From: Mobula hypostoma
Taxonomy: Eukaryota
NCBI RefSeq assembly: GCF_963921235.1
Contig: NC_086107.1
Span: 106,394,001 to 106,458,000 of the forward strand
Length of the DNA stretch: 64,000 nucleotides
Direction: 5' to 3'
Of this stretch, positions 62,584-64,000 are shown one piece after another. A program made the translations under genes and the position numbers. The notes under the pieces were generated by a model, which searched no databases, was not told where the DNA came from, and saw only the letters and a list, made by a program, of their open reading frames with translations. Positions within the stretch are counted from its first letter, which is position 1. Every line of letters starts with the position of its first letter.

Positions 62584-63011
<428 letters not shown>

Positions 63012-64000
63012 AATTTTTTGCACTGTTAAAATAAAACATTTGAAGCTACTTTCCAGAACGGTTGTCTTGTTAATTGTTCACCACATGAGATATGGGGACA
63101 AGTGGCCAAAATCTTAGGTCTTGGCGGATGTCTTTGTGGAGGAGTGAGATAGAGAAGTTTTGAGGGAAGGAAATATAGAACCTGGGGCCTTGGCAGTCAG
63201 GCAAAGTTGGAAATGTTGGAGTAATACACTCAGACATGATGTTAGAGGAACACTGATCTTGTCATGATGGGGGAGGTCAGAGGTGAGGAAGGGTATAGAT
63301 TTAGAATTGCAAGTTACGTGTTGCTTCTCTGCTGGACCAATAGAAGTTAGCAATTAAAAAGATAATTTGTGGGGGGGGTGAGATTGAGGATAAGGGCAGT
63401 AAACTGTTTTCTATTCTCTCCATTAATCACTACACTTTTCCCAGATAGTATTGAATCTGTGGAATTCTCTGCTCAGGGAAGCAGCATTAATTACGTATAT
63501 TTGAGATGCAGTTAGATTTTTTTTTTGTATAGCAAGGGAATTAAGACTTATGGGGAAAAGGCAGATAGGTAAAGCTGATTCCAGGGCCAGGTCAGCTCTG
63601 GAATGGTGGAGAAGGCTCGACAGACCAGATGGCTTACTCCTGTTTCTGAAAGCTTTCAGTACCTTGTTTCTGGGGATTTCTCTTGACCATCTCTTTGTCT
63701 CCAGGGTAAACTGTTTCCACTCCAGGTCCAAGGTGACTGAGGCCATTGTGGTAACTAGGCCATTTCCGCTCCTAGGAAGGTTGTGGGGGGGGGGGCATTT
63801 GACTAGGTGGGTGGCGATGTCTTTTTGCTTCACTTCTGCGTGACCCAGATTTCAGTGTGCAAGTGTCCACATTTTGAGTGGCCGTACACCTACAAGTCAA
63901 TGGACATGTTGATTTTCCAAGTTTGATGTAAGAACATTCCTGGAGTTTTTATTTCTACCCTCATTGTAATTCCCAGTAATTGTCTTAGTTATTCTAAGAT

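Overview
Eukaryotic, intron- and transposon-rich vertebrate DNA. The repeat families (V-type tRNA-SINEs, CR1, Rex1/Babar, Penelope) suggest a cartilaginous fish, probably a ray; this is inference. Two genes sit head-to-head. JOSD1 (Josephin-domain deubiquitinase) is on the minus strand with three coding exons at 42600-42775, 12155-12283 and 2852-3046; the Cys-His-Asp triad is intact, the last exon lies outside the window, and a CpG-island promoter is at ~44.1 kb. GTPBP1 is on the plus strand with its first coding exon at 59287-59418 and promoter at ~58.7-59.3 kb. This matches the JOSD1-GTPBP1 arrangement in human. Almost everything else is nested mobile DNA, and nearly all ORFs in the supplied track are TE fragments or spurious. 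The most notable items are: a complete non-autonomous Helitron with 23-aa STPR-like repeats; a ~220-nt fold-back Penelope-derived element with minimal hammerhead motifs on both arms and a 15-bp TSD; an L1 with a twin-priming-type 5' inversion inside a CR1; two HERO-clade (RLE) retroelement remnants sharing a 3'UTR motif; a hAT-like element with an apparent 6-bp TSD; and a young RTE-derived insertion just upstream of the GTPBP1 promoter. I found no evidence for a novel multi-gene system. The novelty is at the level of mobile-element biology and candidate regulatory elements.
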